A stretch of DNA of 64,000 nucleotides from NCBI GenBank assembly GCA_005787575.1, contig SYAN01000097.1, positions 1,497 through 65,496 of the forward strand. Reading direction: 5' to 3'. Each line of letters starts with the position of its first letter. Positions within the stretch are counted from its first letter, which is position 1. This document shows, piece by piece, positions 38,125 to 48,035 of this stretch. Below the pieces are notes generated by a model, which saw nothing but the letters and a program-made list of their open reading frames with translations, was not told the DNA's origin and did no database searches. Made by a program: the position numbers and the translations under genes. The stretch comes from Actinomycetota bacterium (lineage in GTDB: Bacteria; Actinomycetota; Actinomycetes; Nanopelagicales; Nanopelagicaceae).

Positions 38125-39104
38125 CGATTGACCCCAGCTGGAGTATCGAAGGGGTCGACAGTGCAGAAGATTCGCCGCGTGCCATCAATATCAACCTTGT
38201 TGGGTGTGCCTGACTTGCACTCGTTTCGTGCGAAGGAGCAACGTGTATGGAAAGCGCAACCTGATGGGAATTTTCCAAGCTCAGGCGGCATACCCTCGAT
38301 AGCAATCAATCGTTTGCCATGTGCTTCCGAGTCAGGAAGGGCATCAATGAGGCCTTGAGTGTAAGGATGACGCGGTCTGGTTAGCACCTGGCTGGTTGGT
38401 CCAGATTCAACTTCAGCGCCTGCATACATGATCATGAGGCGATCCGTGAGCGCTGAGAGCACTCCAAGGTCATGAGTAATGACAATGACCGAGAGATTCT
38501 GACTCTTTCGAAGCTCATCGAGAAGTTTCAAGATTCCTGCTTGAACCGTGACATCAAGAGCCGTGGTGGGTTCATCGGCGATGAGTAGCTTTGGCTGACA
38601 AGCAAGCGCCATAGCAATCGCGATTCGCTGTCTCATACCCCCAGAGAACTGGCTTGGATGAGCCTTGAGCGCTGTCTCTGGATCTGGGATCTTCACTGTG
38701 TCGAGGAGTTCAAGAGCACGCGCTCTCGCTTCTGCCCTTGAGACTTTTCGATGATGTCGTAAATGCTCAGTCAGTTGAGTTTCAATCGTAAGCATCGGAT
38801 GTAGCGATGTCATCGGATCCTGGAAGATCATCGCAACATCTTTTCCTCGAACCCGCCGGAAATCCTTCGGCTTGAATCCAACTAACTCCTCACCATCGAA
38901 GTTAATCGAACCTGATGCCTTCCCCTTGTAGGGAAGCAATCCCATGATGCTCAGGGCCGTCATCGTCTTTCCGCTTCCGCTCTCCCCTGCAATTCCAAGA
39001 ATTTGACCGCGCTCGATATCGAATGAGAGATTGCGTACTGCATCTGCTGGACCGCTACCGGTCATCAGCGTGACAGTGAGATCTCGAACCGAAAGTAGTG
39101 TCAT
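38121..39104 (-). CDS. Dipeptide/oligopeptide ABC transporter ATP-binding protein (DppD/OppD type)
   Basis: GESGSGKTMT, FSGGMRQRIAIAMAL and a C-terminal GCAFHTRC. Confidence 0.92.
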   Translation of the reverse strand: MTLLSVRDLTVTLMTGSGPADAVRNLSFDIERGQILGIAGESGSGKTMTALSIMGLLPYKGKASGSINFDGEELVGFKPKDFRRVRGKDVAMIFQDPMTSLHPMLTIETQLTEHLRHHRKVSRAEARARALELLDTVKIPDPETALKAHPSQFSGGMRQRIAIAMALACQPKLLIADEPTTALDVTVQAGILKLLDELRKSQNLSVIVITHDLGVLSALTDRLMIMYAGAEVESGPTSQVLTRPRHPYTQGLIDALPDSEAHGKRLIAIEGMPPELGKFPSGCAFHTRCSFARNECKSGTPNKVDIDGTRRIFCTVDPFDTPAGVNR

Positions 39105-39952
39105 CAGTCGCGAAGCGCCTTTGCGGTACGAGGATCAAGTGCGTCGCGAAGTGCATCCCCGATGAAGTTGAATGCAAGGACTGCACTCAAGATCGCAAGC
39201 CCTGGGAATAGTCCCACCCACCATCGATCGAAGTTGACCGCACCCATCGACACCATAGATCCCCACTCAGCTGCTGGAGGTTGTGCCCCGAGACCAAGGA
39301 ATGAAAGACCAGAGAGAAGCAAGAGCGCATTTCCTACTTCCAGCGAAGCAAGGACAAAGACGGGCCCGGCGAGATTTGGTCTGAGGTCGACAACAAGAGT
39401 ACGCAGAGACGAGGAGCCAAGAAGCGAAGAAGCTGTCACATAATCGTTCTGTTTGGCATTCAAAATCAATCCGCGAACCAATCGTGCATAGACCGGCCAC
39501 GAGACTATGGTGATTGCGATAACAGCATTCCGGATCTCAGGTCCAAGGGCAGCAGCGACTGCCATGGCAAGGACGATTGCTGGAAAGGCGAAGAACATAT
39601 CGGTAAGGCGCATGATGATCGCATCAACCCTGCCGCCGAAATAGCCCGAGATTCCGCCAATAATCGAACCGAGAAGTGCAGAGAGCACAACAAGGAGAAT
39701 CGAGTAAGGAAGTGAAATTCTCGCGCCATATATGACTCGACTGAAGATGTCGCGATTTAACTCATCGGTTCCCATCCAGTGAAGGGATCCCGGTGTCAAG
39801 AACTTATCCGAGTCTTGAGCCAAGGGATCATAAGGCGATATCCAAGGCGCAAAGATTGCAGCAAAGACCCAAAAAGCGACGATTGCTAGGCCAACAACGG
39901 CAAGTGGTTGGCGCCAAATTGAATTGGAGTTTCCGAAACGAGAGGCCATCAC
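39104..39952 (-). CDS. Dipeptide/oligopeptide ABC transporter permease (DppC type)
   Basis: Six-TM BPD_transp_1 pattern. The TGATG stop/start overlap joins it to the ATPase gene. Confidence 0.9.
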   Translation of the reverse strand: MMASRFGNSNSIWRQPLAVVGLAIVAFWVFAAIFAPWISPYDPLAQDSDKFLTPGSLHWMGTDELNRDIFSRVIYGARISLPYSILLVVLSALLGSIIGGISGYFGGRVDAIIMRLTDMFFAFPAIVLAMAVAAALGPEIRNAVIAITIVSWPVYARLVRGLILNAKQNDYVTASSLLGSSSLRTLVVDLRPNLAGPVFVLASLEVGNALLLLSGLSFLGLGAQPPAAEWGSMVSMGAVNFDRWWVGLFPGLAILSAVLAFNFIGDALRDALDPRTAKALRD

Positions 39953-41025
39953 TGCTCCGCCTTTCGAAGCTGTGGATCAATGACTCTATAGAGAATGTCA
40001 ACGATCAAATTCATCGTGATGTATACCGTTGCGACCACCATGCTCACGCCCATGATTCCAGGCAGATCTAGTCCAACTGCAGCGCGATAGGCGTACTGGC
40101 CAAGACCGGGCCACGAGAAGACATTCTCAACCAAGACTGAACCCGCCATCAAGCTTGCAAATGCGACTCCTGCAACTGTGATGATGGCAAGAAGTGCCGG
40201 CCTGAGCACATGTCGTCTTATGACGGTGAACTCTGGGAGTCCTTTTGCTCGGGCGGTGCGGACATAATCGTTACCGAGGATTTCTAAGACCGATGCGCGA
40301 GTAAATCTCGTCAAGACTCCTAGCGCATATATTGCAAGGACGATTGCGGGAAGAAGTAAATATGAGAATGCCTGACGGAACGTTGCAAAGTCGCCATTAA
40401 TCAGAGCATCAATAGTGAACATTCCTGTGACTTGTGGCGGTGGTTCAGCTCCGGGATCCAATCGTCCGGTGCCCGGCGACCAACCTAAGAGGAAAAAGAA
40501 GACATAAAAGAAGACAAGAGCGGTCCAGAATGTCGGCATTGAAACACCGGTGAGACTCACCACGCGAATGATTTGATCTGGGAGTCGATCGCGCGTGATT
40601 GCAGAGATGGTTCCAAGAAGTAGACCCAAGATCATCGCAATAACAACTGCGACGAGAGCAATCTCGAGCGTTGCGGGGAAATACTCTTTGAGATCTTCAT
40701 TGACCGGTCGTTTCGATGAAAGTGAGATTCCAAGATTGCCTTGTGAGAGCTTTTGGATGTAACGCAGATACTGAACTGGCACTGGCTGGTCTAGCCCGAA
40801 TTCCTTTTCGAAAGCGGCGACAATCTCTGGATCGCTGTATGCGCTCTGTCCGAGATTCGCAGCGACCGGGTCACCTGGAACTAACTGGGTAATACTGAAG
40901 GCTATGAAAGTCATCCCGAAAATGAGCAGGATGCTGGTGAGAACACGTTTTACGATAAATGGAAAGAAGCCAGTACCGCGAAGGATCTTCCGAAAAACGG
41001 AGACCTTCGCAGGTACTGGCTTCAT
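39949..41025 (-). CDS. Dipeptide/oligopeptide ABC transporter permease (DppB type)
   Basis: Contains the conserved ...DYVRTARAKGL... motif and multiple TM segments. Confidence 0.9.
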   Translation of the reverse strand: MKPVPAKVSVFRKILRGTGFFPFIVKRVLTSILLIFGMTFIAFSITQLVPGDPVAANLGQSAYSDPEIVAAFEKEFGLDQPVPVQYLRYIQKLSQGNLGISLSSKRPVNEDLKEYFPATLEIALVAVVIAMILGLLLGTISAITRDRLPDQIIRVVSLTGVSMPTFWTALVFFYVFFFLLGWSPGTGRLDPGAEPPPQVTGMFTIDALINGDFATFRQAFSYLLLPAIVLAIYALGVLTRFTRASVLEILGNDYVRTARAKGLPEFTVIRRHVLRPALLAIITVAGVAFASLMAGSVLVENVFSWPGLGQYAYRAAVGLDLPGIMGVSMVVATVYITMNLIVDILYRVIDPQLRKAEQ

Positions 41026-41054
41026 TTAGTTATGCCTTAGTGAAGTTGTCGCGC

Positions 41055-42647
41055 CTACTTGGCAGGACGAACTTCAGCGAGGTTGACCTTCCAAATCGGG
41101 TGATCGCTTGTTCCGACCACCGACTTGTTCGAGACAACGATCGCAGCAGGCTGGACGAGTGGGATAAGCGGGCTTCGCTTATTCATCTCGATCTGCCATT
41201 CGCGGAAGAGCGCTGCGCGCTTCTTCGTGTTTGTCTCGGTGGATGCGCGGGCACGAAGCTCTTCGATTACTGAATCAGAGCCTGCCTTCCATCCCATACG
41301 TAGACCAACCTTTGTACCGGGGCTGAAGCTCTCGGTGTAGTTGGTTGAATCTGGCCAGTCTGGACCCCAGAGCCATAGACCCATCTCTTCCTTATTTTCA
41401 CGGTAGAGCGGGAGTGACACTGCGATTGGAGCACCGGCAAGCTTGGTCTTGAAACCAACTGCACGGAGATCCTCATCAACAAGTGCTGTGAGTGAAGCGA
41501 ATGAGAGACCATTCACTGCACCACCATCGCCCCAGAATCCGATTGATACTGGAGTGTCCTTGATACCGCAGGCATCAAATGCAGTCTTTGCACGAGCAGT
41601 GTCTTGCTTGATTGCATCCTTAGCCTTGAGTGCGCCCGAGAAGAAGCTTGGGATGATTCCCGGAGCCTGGACTGCACCACGACCTGCGTAACGGACGATC
41701 TTGTTGTAGTTGATCGCATAACGAGCTGCTTCAACGCACTTTGCATTCGAGGTGAATGCAGTTGCTGCTGAGAAGTCCTTGTTCTGGCTGAGGTAGAGGA
41801 AGAAGACGTTTGAAGCCTTTCCTTCTACTACATAGACCTTGCTGCCAAGTCCCTCTGCCTGATCAGGTGAGAGATCGACTGCGATTGAGGATGTTCCCTT
41901 GATTGCATTGAGTCGCTGAACGTTGACTGGAACGTTGCGGACGACGATTTGATCGTAGCCAGCAGCGGTTCCCCAGTACTTGGTGTTCTTGACAAGTACA
42001 ACCTCAGTAGTCAAGTTGAATGACTTAAGGATGTATGGACCGCTACCTGCGGACTGTGTCTTAAGGAAGTCGAGTGCCTTGTCAGTATCTTTCGCATCAG
42101 CAGCATCAGTTCCGCCATTGGCCTTCACAACTTTGCTGTTGAGAATTCCGAGTGCAGGTGATGTGACGATTGCAAGTACCTGAGGTGTTGGATTTGCAGT
42201 AGTCAATACGACTGTTCCAGCATCAGGTGCAGAGACAGTTATTCCGTTCATCAAAGAAGAAGGATTACCCTTGACATTCTTGAGACGGTTAAGTGAGAAG
42301 ACCACGTCTGCTGATGTGACTTTGGTGCCATCAGAGAACTTAGCCTTTGGATTGATGGTGAATGTAAACTCAGTCGCGTTTGCATTCACACTCCACTTGG
42401 ATGCGACGCCTGGAACTGGTGTTGCTGCGTCTCCACCCTTGTAAGTCAGAAGCGTCTCATAGAGAGCGCGGTTGATCATGTTTCCGGTCTGCTCGAACGA
42501 ACGAGCTGGATCGGTTGATGTCAACTGAAAGACTGTTTCAACGGTGAGAGTCTTAGCCGCAGCACTTACTGGACCAGAGACAGCAACCGTAGAGACGAGA
42601 GCGAATGAGAAGACGATTCCCATCACTCGCTTGAAGGTTAACTTCAT
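41055..42647 (-). CDS. Family-5 (peptide/nickel) ABC substrate-binding protein, secreted
   Basis: 530 aa with signal peptide MKLTFKRVMGIVFSFALVSTVAVSGPVSAAA and SBP_bac_5-like sequence. Confidence 0.88.
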   Translation of the reverse strand: MKLTFKRVMGIVFSFALVSTVAVSGPVSAAAKTLTVETVFQLTSTDPARSFEQTGNMINRALYETLLTYKGGDAATPVPGVASKWSVNANATEFTFTINPKAKFSDGTKVTSADVVFSLNRLKNVKGNPSSLMNGITVSAPDAGTVVLTTANPTPQVLAIVTSPALGILNSKVVKANGGTDAADAKDTDKALDFLKTQSAGSGPYILKSFNLTTEVVLVKNTKYWGTAAGYDQIVVRNVPVNVQRLNAIKGTSSIAVDLSPDQAEGLGSKVYVVEGKASNVFFLYLSQNKDFSAATAFTSNAKCVEAARYAINYNKIVRYAGRGAVQAPGIIPSFFSGALKAKDAIKQDTARAKTAFDACGIKDTPVSIGFWGDGGAVNGLSFASLTALVDEDLRAVGFKTKLAGAPIAVSLPLYRENKEEMGLWLWGPDWPDSTNYTESFSPGTKVGLRMGWKAGSDSVIEELRARASTETNTKKRAALFREWQIEMNKRSPLIPLVQPAAIVVSNKSVVGTSDHPIWKVNLAEVRPAK

Positions 42648-42834
42648 GTACGGGTTGTCCTTTCAGGAGATTACCTAGGCGATGCAAAAGTCACGATTAC
42701 TCGAACCAAGCATCAAGTGCCATGAGTCTGCCGATTACGCGAGCACCCGTCAATCAGCCACTACTGTTCGCAATTCGCACTCATCAAAAGTTCGATAAAG
42801 AAACCGTTACAAACTATGGAGTAGCTCTTTCAAA

Positions 42835-43971
42835 TCAGTTCGCAAGCAGTTCAGTAGTGAACTCATTGATCTTCCTGCCACCGTTTTCTTCCACGACGAT
42901 GATGTCCTCTACTCGAACTCCAACGCGTCCTGGCCAGAAGACCGAAGGTTCAATCGTGAAGGTCATCCCAACTTCAAGTGGAGTGTGATCTTCCTCGGAG
43001 ATGTATGGGAGCTCGTGAACATCGAGTCCGATGCAATGGCCGGTTCGATGTCTGAACCAATCCCCATATCCACCTTCGACGATCACATCACGTGTGGCTT
43101 TATGAACCTCTGAAGCAAGGACTCCAGGTTTCACGGCTGCGATTCCAGCAGCTTGTGCCGCCATGACAAGTTCGTAAACTTTTTCGTACTCAGGAGTCGG
43201 ATCGCCAACATAGATTGTGCGACCAAAATCCGAGCAGTAGCCATTGATGACTGAACCAAAATCGAAAGAAACGCCCATGCCATCTATCAATGGATTGCTT
43301 GTGCGCCGGTCCGATGCATCACGCGAATTCTTAGGACCCATCGACCAGACCGCGGTGTCGAAAGATTCTGTCTTCGATCCGAGATTGTTCATCTGAAAGT
43401 TGATCTCACTCTTAAGATCAAGTTCAGTCGTCCCAAGGATCACTTTCTCTTTCATGTTATCTAGCACTCCATCAACGAGATGGCAGGCGCGCGTCATCAA
43501 GGCGATCTCATCAGGTGTCTTGATTCGCCTCAACCGATTGACTACCTCTTCTGCGTTGACGATCTCTGCCCCTGGGAAGACTTTCATCAGGTTGATAACC
43601 GTCTCACTCCACGTCCTAGCAGAGACGGCAATTCGCTTGACCTCTCCAAAACTCTTTGCGACCTGAGAGAACTTTGCAAAGGCATCATCGCTCTCCGAAA
43701 CAGTCGTGGTGTTGGTATCAACACCGTTAGGCGAATCGAATTCAACGATCATCCGAGGCAAGACGAAATGAGGGTCACTCTTTGGATGCAGGAAGGCGCC
43801 AGCGACCCAATGATGGGTATATGCGACATTTCCAAAGGTCACAACACGTCGCTCCGTGCCAGTGAGGTAATCAAGATCGGCAGAGTGTTTAGGAAGGAAG
43901 ATCAAGTCGATACCCCGCTCTTGCATCAAGGCATAGAGCTTTGAGCGTCGCCCTTTGTAGTCAAAGTTCAT
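42835..43971 (-). CDS. M24-family Xaa-Pro peptidase (prolidase/aminopeptidase P-like)
   Basis: Creatinase/prolidase N-domain plus pita-bread metal ligands in SFDFG..YCSDFGRT, HRTGHCIGLDVHE, TIEPS and VRVEDI. Confidence 0.85.
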   Translation of the reverse strand: MNFDYKGRRSKLYALMQERGIDLIFLPKHSADLDYLTGTERRVVTFGNVAYTHHWVAGAFLHPKSDPHFVLPRMIVEFDSPNGVDTNTTTVSESDDAFAKFSQVAKSFGEVKRIAVSARTWSETVINLMKVFPGAEIVNAEEVVNRLRRIKTPDEIALMTRACHLVDGVLDNMKEKVILGTTELDLKSEINFQMNNLGSKTESFDTAVWSMGPKNSRDASDRRTSNPLIDGMGVSFDFGSVINGYCSDFGRTIYVGDPTPEYEKVYELVMAAQAAGIAAVKPGVLASEVHKATRDVIVEGGYGDWFRHRTGHCIGLDVHELPYISEEDHTPLEVGMTFTIEPSVFWPGRVGVRVEDIIVVEENGGRKINEFTTELLAN

Positions 43972-44046
43972 TCCATCTCCTCTTCTTCATCATTTCTTCA
44001 TGCTTGATAACGGACTATTTCTTTCTCTATCTTGTTGTCGAGAGTA

Positions 44047-44439
44047 TTAAGCGTTGAGCGGCAACTCATCTTCATGATTGTGAACCAACTGCCAGCCTTG
44101 TGGGAAACGTTTCCAGACCCCGGTATTTCTCACTTCGCGCGATGGCGCATCGCTATAGATGACTTTGAGATAGTGGCGATTGACGGCAATATCGCCATAG
44201 ATCGTGATGACTGGATCAGTCGCGTCGATCCGTTCGACTTTTGGACCGCTTCCATCTTGTGGCCGGCGGGCTCTAACTTCGTTAAGGCCCGAGATGCCGA
44301 ATGCAAGGTCTCGCTCGGATGAATCCCAGACTGTGCAATCGTCATGGATGAACTGATCGATCTTTGGTCGATTCTTCTCGATGAAACCTTCATACATGGT
44401 CAATACGCCATTCCAAATGTACTGCTGGTCCTGATCCAT
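44047..44439 (-). CDS. NTF2-like (SnoaL/DUF4440-type) small protein
   Basis: 130 aa with a FIHDDCTVWD... pattern. The call is at fold level only. Confidence 0.55.
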   Translation of the reverse strand: MDQDQQYIWNGVLTMYEGFIEKNRPKIDQFIHDDCTVWDSSERDLAFGISGLNEVRARRPQDGSGPKVERIDATDPVITIYGDIAVNRHYLKVIYSDAPSREVRNTGVWKRFPQGWQLVHNHEDELPLNA

Positions 44440-44469
44440 CTTCTCCCCTTTGATTGGTTTCTTAACTTC

Positions 44470-46116
44470 TTACTTTTTTCTGCCGTCAATCAAGTCAAGG
44501 TCTCCGGTATCACCTAGATACTCAAGTCTCAGCAATGAAATGGGTACATTTCCGTTGAGCCAGAGATAGTCGTGAAAACCTCGGATCGTGAACTCGCTAC
44601 GGAACTTAGCCTGAGCATCTGAGAAGAACTTGATTATCTGAGTCTTTCCTATCTGATACGTCAGCGCCTGACCCGGGCTTGATGCGAAGAAGACCGCCTC
44701 TTCGTATGCCGTGCCGTGGTCCATCGGCACTTTCTTCTCGAGATAAGCAGTAGCGGTAGGGATATCGATCTCTCCTATAGCTAGATTCACATCGACTATG
44801 ACTCGCATCGCGCGAAGTTTCATGAAGTTATACATCAAAGTCTGCGAGTGTGGCGCATCATCAAAGAGGCCCGCAGCCAGCATCAATTCTTCGTTGTAGA
44901 AGGCGATTCCCTCATTGCTCCCTGAGTCGTAATAGTGTCGACGCAATTTCCGAGCATGACGCCATGAGATGGCGAGTTGTTGATAGTGCGCGCCTTCATG
45001 AACGATTCCAGCCCGAGTATCTCGTGCATTTGCGGCATAGAAATAAGGAAGCTCTGGCCCAGGAGTTGGGACATAGGAGTATCCATCTTCATCCACTCTC
45101 GAAGGTCCGGTGAGGTCGTCCGTGACACCAAGCCAGCGAATCGGTAGTAGATAAGGAGGGATGGCTGCATTGAGATAGTGCTTGAGCGAATTCGGTTGTG
45201 ACAAGATCCCTTCACTCTCGTAGAAATCTCTCACGCCCTGCTCGGCCACTCGCTCATTTCGTACCTGCTCATCTGAGGTCGCAGGAAGCGGGGCGTACGG
45301 GAAATTCCGATACTTGTTCTTCGCGAGTGCTTCAAGAGTTACAGCGCGATCCCACTCAATCTGGCCGATCTCTCGCATCGCCTCAGGCGTGTAAGGAACG
45401 AGGGCGATATGGTCGAAGAACCATTGATACTGCTCACGACCGATGGAGCGAATCGGAGCGAATTTCGATTTCTCCGCCTCCAGCCAGGAACGGTATTCCA
45501 GAAAGGCGGTGATTGCCGCTTCACTGCGATTTTGCAACTGTTCTGCTAAATCTCCGCTAGCCATCGGCAGCAAGTGCTTTATCACTTCGCGGATCTGTGT
45601 ATCAATCGCATGGAGAAGTTCGATTGCAACTTGCGCATATTCCTTGATTGCATGCCCTGCCAGATTGGCTTTGCCTTCAGCCAGGATTCTTGGAGTCTCT
45701 TTCAAGATCTCAGCCACTTCACCGAGTGCCTCGGGTGTGACTTTGAGCGGAAGAAGATGATCAAAGAGAACACCAATGCTCTGGTCAATGTAGAAGCGTG
45801 GCTGTTCCTGCCAGACTTTGATGTGGTCAAGTTCCCAGATGACGCGACTGATCGCACTACCTATGAGTCGGTAATCGACATAATCTTCAATCGCGCACTT
45901 CGGAGACTTCGCGCTCCCTGCATCCAGGGACTTCCATCGCTTATCGAATGTTGCGATATCGCTTCGATAGCCCGCGATATCTGTTGCAGACCACTTCGGT
46001 GACCAGAGTGGCTCACGTTCGATTCGCGGAATGTCGTCATGTGATCGCGGTTGCTGGCGTCGGCGCCAAGCCCAAAGCTCTGCACCTAACTCAGCGATGT
46101 GATTTTCAATGCTCAC
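44470..46116 (-). CDS. DUF885-family protein with an HExxH zinc-peptidase-like motif
   Basis: 548 aa containing GIVHEGAHYQQ (HEGAH). The size and helical character match DUF885 as I remember it. Confidence 0.6.
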   Translation of the reverse strand: MSIENHIAELGAELWAWRRRQQPRSHDDIPRIEREPLWSPKWSATDIAGYRSDIATFDKRWKSLDAGSAKSPKCAIEDYVDYRLIGSAISRVIWELDHIKVWQEQPRFYIDQSIGVLFDHLLPLKVTPEALGEVAEILKETPRILAEGKANLAGHAIKEYAQVAIELLHAIDTQIREVIKHLLPMASGDLAEQLQNRSEAAITAFLEYRSWLEAEKSKFAPIRSIGREQYQWFFDHIALVPYTPEAMREIGQIEWDRAVTLEALAKNKYRNFPYAPLPATSDEQVRNERVAEQGVRDFYESEGILSQPNSLKHYLNAAIPPYLLPIRWLGVTDDLTGPSRVDEDGYSYVPTPGPELPYFYAANARDTRAGIVHEGAHYQQLAISWRHARKLRRHYYDSGSNEGIAFYNEELMLAAGLFDDAPHSQTLMYNFMKLRAMRVIVDVNLAIGEIDIPTATAYLEKKVPMDHGTAYEEAVFFASSPGQALTYQIGKTQIIKFFSDAQAKFRSEFTIRGFHDYLWLNGNVPISLLRLEYLGDTGDLDLIDGRKK

Positions 46117-46227
46117 TGGCGACCCACAATCCTTAGTTGATCTCTAAAGGACACCTTATCCATCACTTCGCAAGTAGTGAAGTAATGCTCGCACCTACGA
46201 TGATGCGGATTGCGAACAACTCGTGAT

Positions 46228-47325
46228 TTACCAACCCAGCTTCAACTTTGGCCGACCATTGAGATATTGATTTGGCCACTTTGTTGCAAGGTCCTCGCCA
46301 ACTTTCTCATGCAAAGTTGAGAGTGCGTTGAGCGCCCAGTTGGGATTGCGAAGCAACTCTCGTCCAAGCATCACTGCATCAGCATCTCCACTCTCGATGA
46401 TTCGATTTGCTTCTGCCACATCAGTGATCATCCCTACAGCGGCGGTCAAAATCTGACTCGAAGCTCGAATCTCCTTGGCAAACGGGACCTGATACCCCGG
46501 CCCAACGGGATACGTGACGCCGGTTTGCACTCCACCCGATGAGCAATCCATCAGGTCAACGCCGAGTGCCATCAGCTCTGACGCAAGGCGAGCGCTATCG
46601 CCAACCCGCCAACCTCCCTCAACCCAGTCATCGGTGGAGAGGCGAATGAAGAGTGGGTGGGACGCTGGCCAGACTTCTCGGATCGCGGTTACTACTTCTT
46701 TAACGAAGCGAGTGCGATTCTCATAGCTACCGCCGTAGTGATCTTCTCGCTTATTGGAAAGCGGGGAGAGAAAGGAATGGATGAGATAGCCGTGAGCCCC
46801 ATGAATCTCCACGACATCGAAATTCGCTTCAAGTGCCATTCTGGCCGAGTGGCGATAGTCATTGATAATCCCCTGGATCTCTTCAAGATCTAGCGCCTTT
46901 GGTGCAGGGAGTTTGCCGAATGCCAGTGCAGAAGGAGCTACTGCTTGCCACCCGCCAGATTCTGGCGCCACATAATCTTGCCCCTGCCACGGTGAAGTCG
47001 TCGAACCTTTTTGGCCCGCATGCCAGAGTTGAATTCCAATCTTTGATCCTTGGCTATGAGCAAAATCAGTGATTCGCCGCCACGATTTCGCTTGCTCCAA
47101 ATTCCAAATTCCCGTATCCATCAAAGTTGAACGACCGGTTGGAGAGATTCCACTCGCCTCAGTCATCAAGAAACCAACCCGCCTAATCGCGAACTGGGCC
47201 AGATGAGCGAAGTGCCAGTCGTTAGGCATGCCATCGGTTGCCGAATACATGCACATCGGAGAGAGCCATATTCGATTAGGGATCTCTAACTCTCGGATGG
47301 TTATCGGTGTGAAGAGATTGGGCAT
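46228..47325 (-). CDS. NADH:flavin oxidoreductase, Old Yellow Enzyme family (second paralog)
   Basis: Carries LFTPITIRELEIPNRIWLSPMCMY, VEIHGAHGYLIHSFLSPLSNKR and MLGRELLRNPNW. ATG 47325 (MPNLF..) is preferred. Confidence 0.88.
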   Translation of the reverse strand: MPNLFTPITIRELEIPNRIWLSPMCMYSATDGMPNDWHFAHLAQFAIRRVGFLMTEASGISPTGRSTLMDTGIWNLEQAKSWRRITDFAHSQGSKIGIQLWHAGQKGSTTSPWQGQDYVAPESGGWQAVAPSALAFGKLPAPKALDLEEIQGIINDYRHSARMALEANFDVVEIHGAHGYLIHSFLSPLSNKREDHYGGSYENRTRFVKEVVTAIREVWPASHPLFIRLSTDDWVEGGWRVGDSARLASELMALGVDLMDCSSGGVQTGVTYPVGPGYQVPFAKEIRASSQILTAAVGMITDVAEANRIIESGDADAVMLGRELLRNPNWALNALSTLHEKVGEDLATKWPNQYLNGRPKLKLGW

Positions 47326-47377
47326 ACAAGTACTATAGCGAGCACTCTTCCTCTGATTGATCGCGAAAGGTCCTTCC

Positions 47378-48016
47378 ATGATGGTTCAGAACTACTCAAG
47401 CCAATCTTCACAACAGCTCGAATCTGATGGCAGACATGTAGTCGAGGCGGCCGATGAACTTGCGCGAGTGCTCACTGCTCACGTTGAGGCAGACTGGACT
47501 ATCACGACTCCGGATCTGATCTGGAGCCAGAGCCAAACTGCGATTCACACTATGCGGGCATGTCTTGAATATTCATTCCAAGTAGTTGGTAGCCGCATGG
47601 ACACATATCAGCCGGTTCTCTTCGAAAAGAAAGAGGCCGCCGCTGGAAGCGACTACCTCACGATGATTCCAACTGCAGCCCGCGTCCTTCACCATGTCGT
47701 TGCCATGGCCTCAACGAGTGATCGAGCTTGGCATGCCTACGGGATTTCCGATCCCACTGGATTCGCGGCCATGGGCGTTGTGGAGGTAAGTGTTCATACT
47801 TTTGATCTAGCTAAAGGTTTTGGCGATGATTTCACACCACTTGATGGCCCAAGTGCTTTCGCAATCAATCGGCTCTTCATCGATACCGTCGAAACTAATG
47901 ACGCATTCAAGGCAGAGCGACCAGGAAGACAGCTCCTCTGGTACGCAGGGCGAATTGAACTTGCCGGACTTGAGAGGCGCCAAGGTTGGAAGTGGAATGG
48001 TCTAGTTCGAAGTTAG
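47378..48016 (+). CDS. DinB-fold / mycothiol-dependent maleylpyruvate-isomerase N-terminal-domain family protein
   Basis: About 212 aa. It has a helical bundle with conserved His positions and a C-terminal LLWYAGR typical of the actinobacterial TIGR03083-like family (from memory). Confidence 0.55.
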   Translation: MMVQNYSSQSSQQLESDGRHVVEAADELARVLTAHVEADWTITTPDLIWSQSQTAIHTMRACLEYSFQVVGSRMDTYQPVLFEKKEAAAGSDYLTMIPTAARVLHHVVAMASTSDRAWHAYGISDPTGFAAMGVVEVSVHTFDLAKGFGDDFTPLDGPSAFAINRLFIDTVETNDAFKAERPGRQLLWYAGRIELAGLERRQGWKWNGLVRS

Positions 48017-48035
48017 TTGCACAGCGCCCAGAAAT

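Noticed and set aside
42722-42988. 88-aa plus-strand ORF in and beside the spacer between the M24 peptidase and the binding-protein genes
   Set aside because: More than half of it overlaps the 3' end of the well-supported M24 gene on the other strand. It has no RBS and its sequence is low-complexity.
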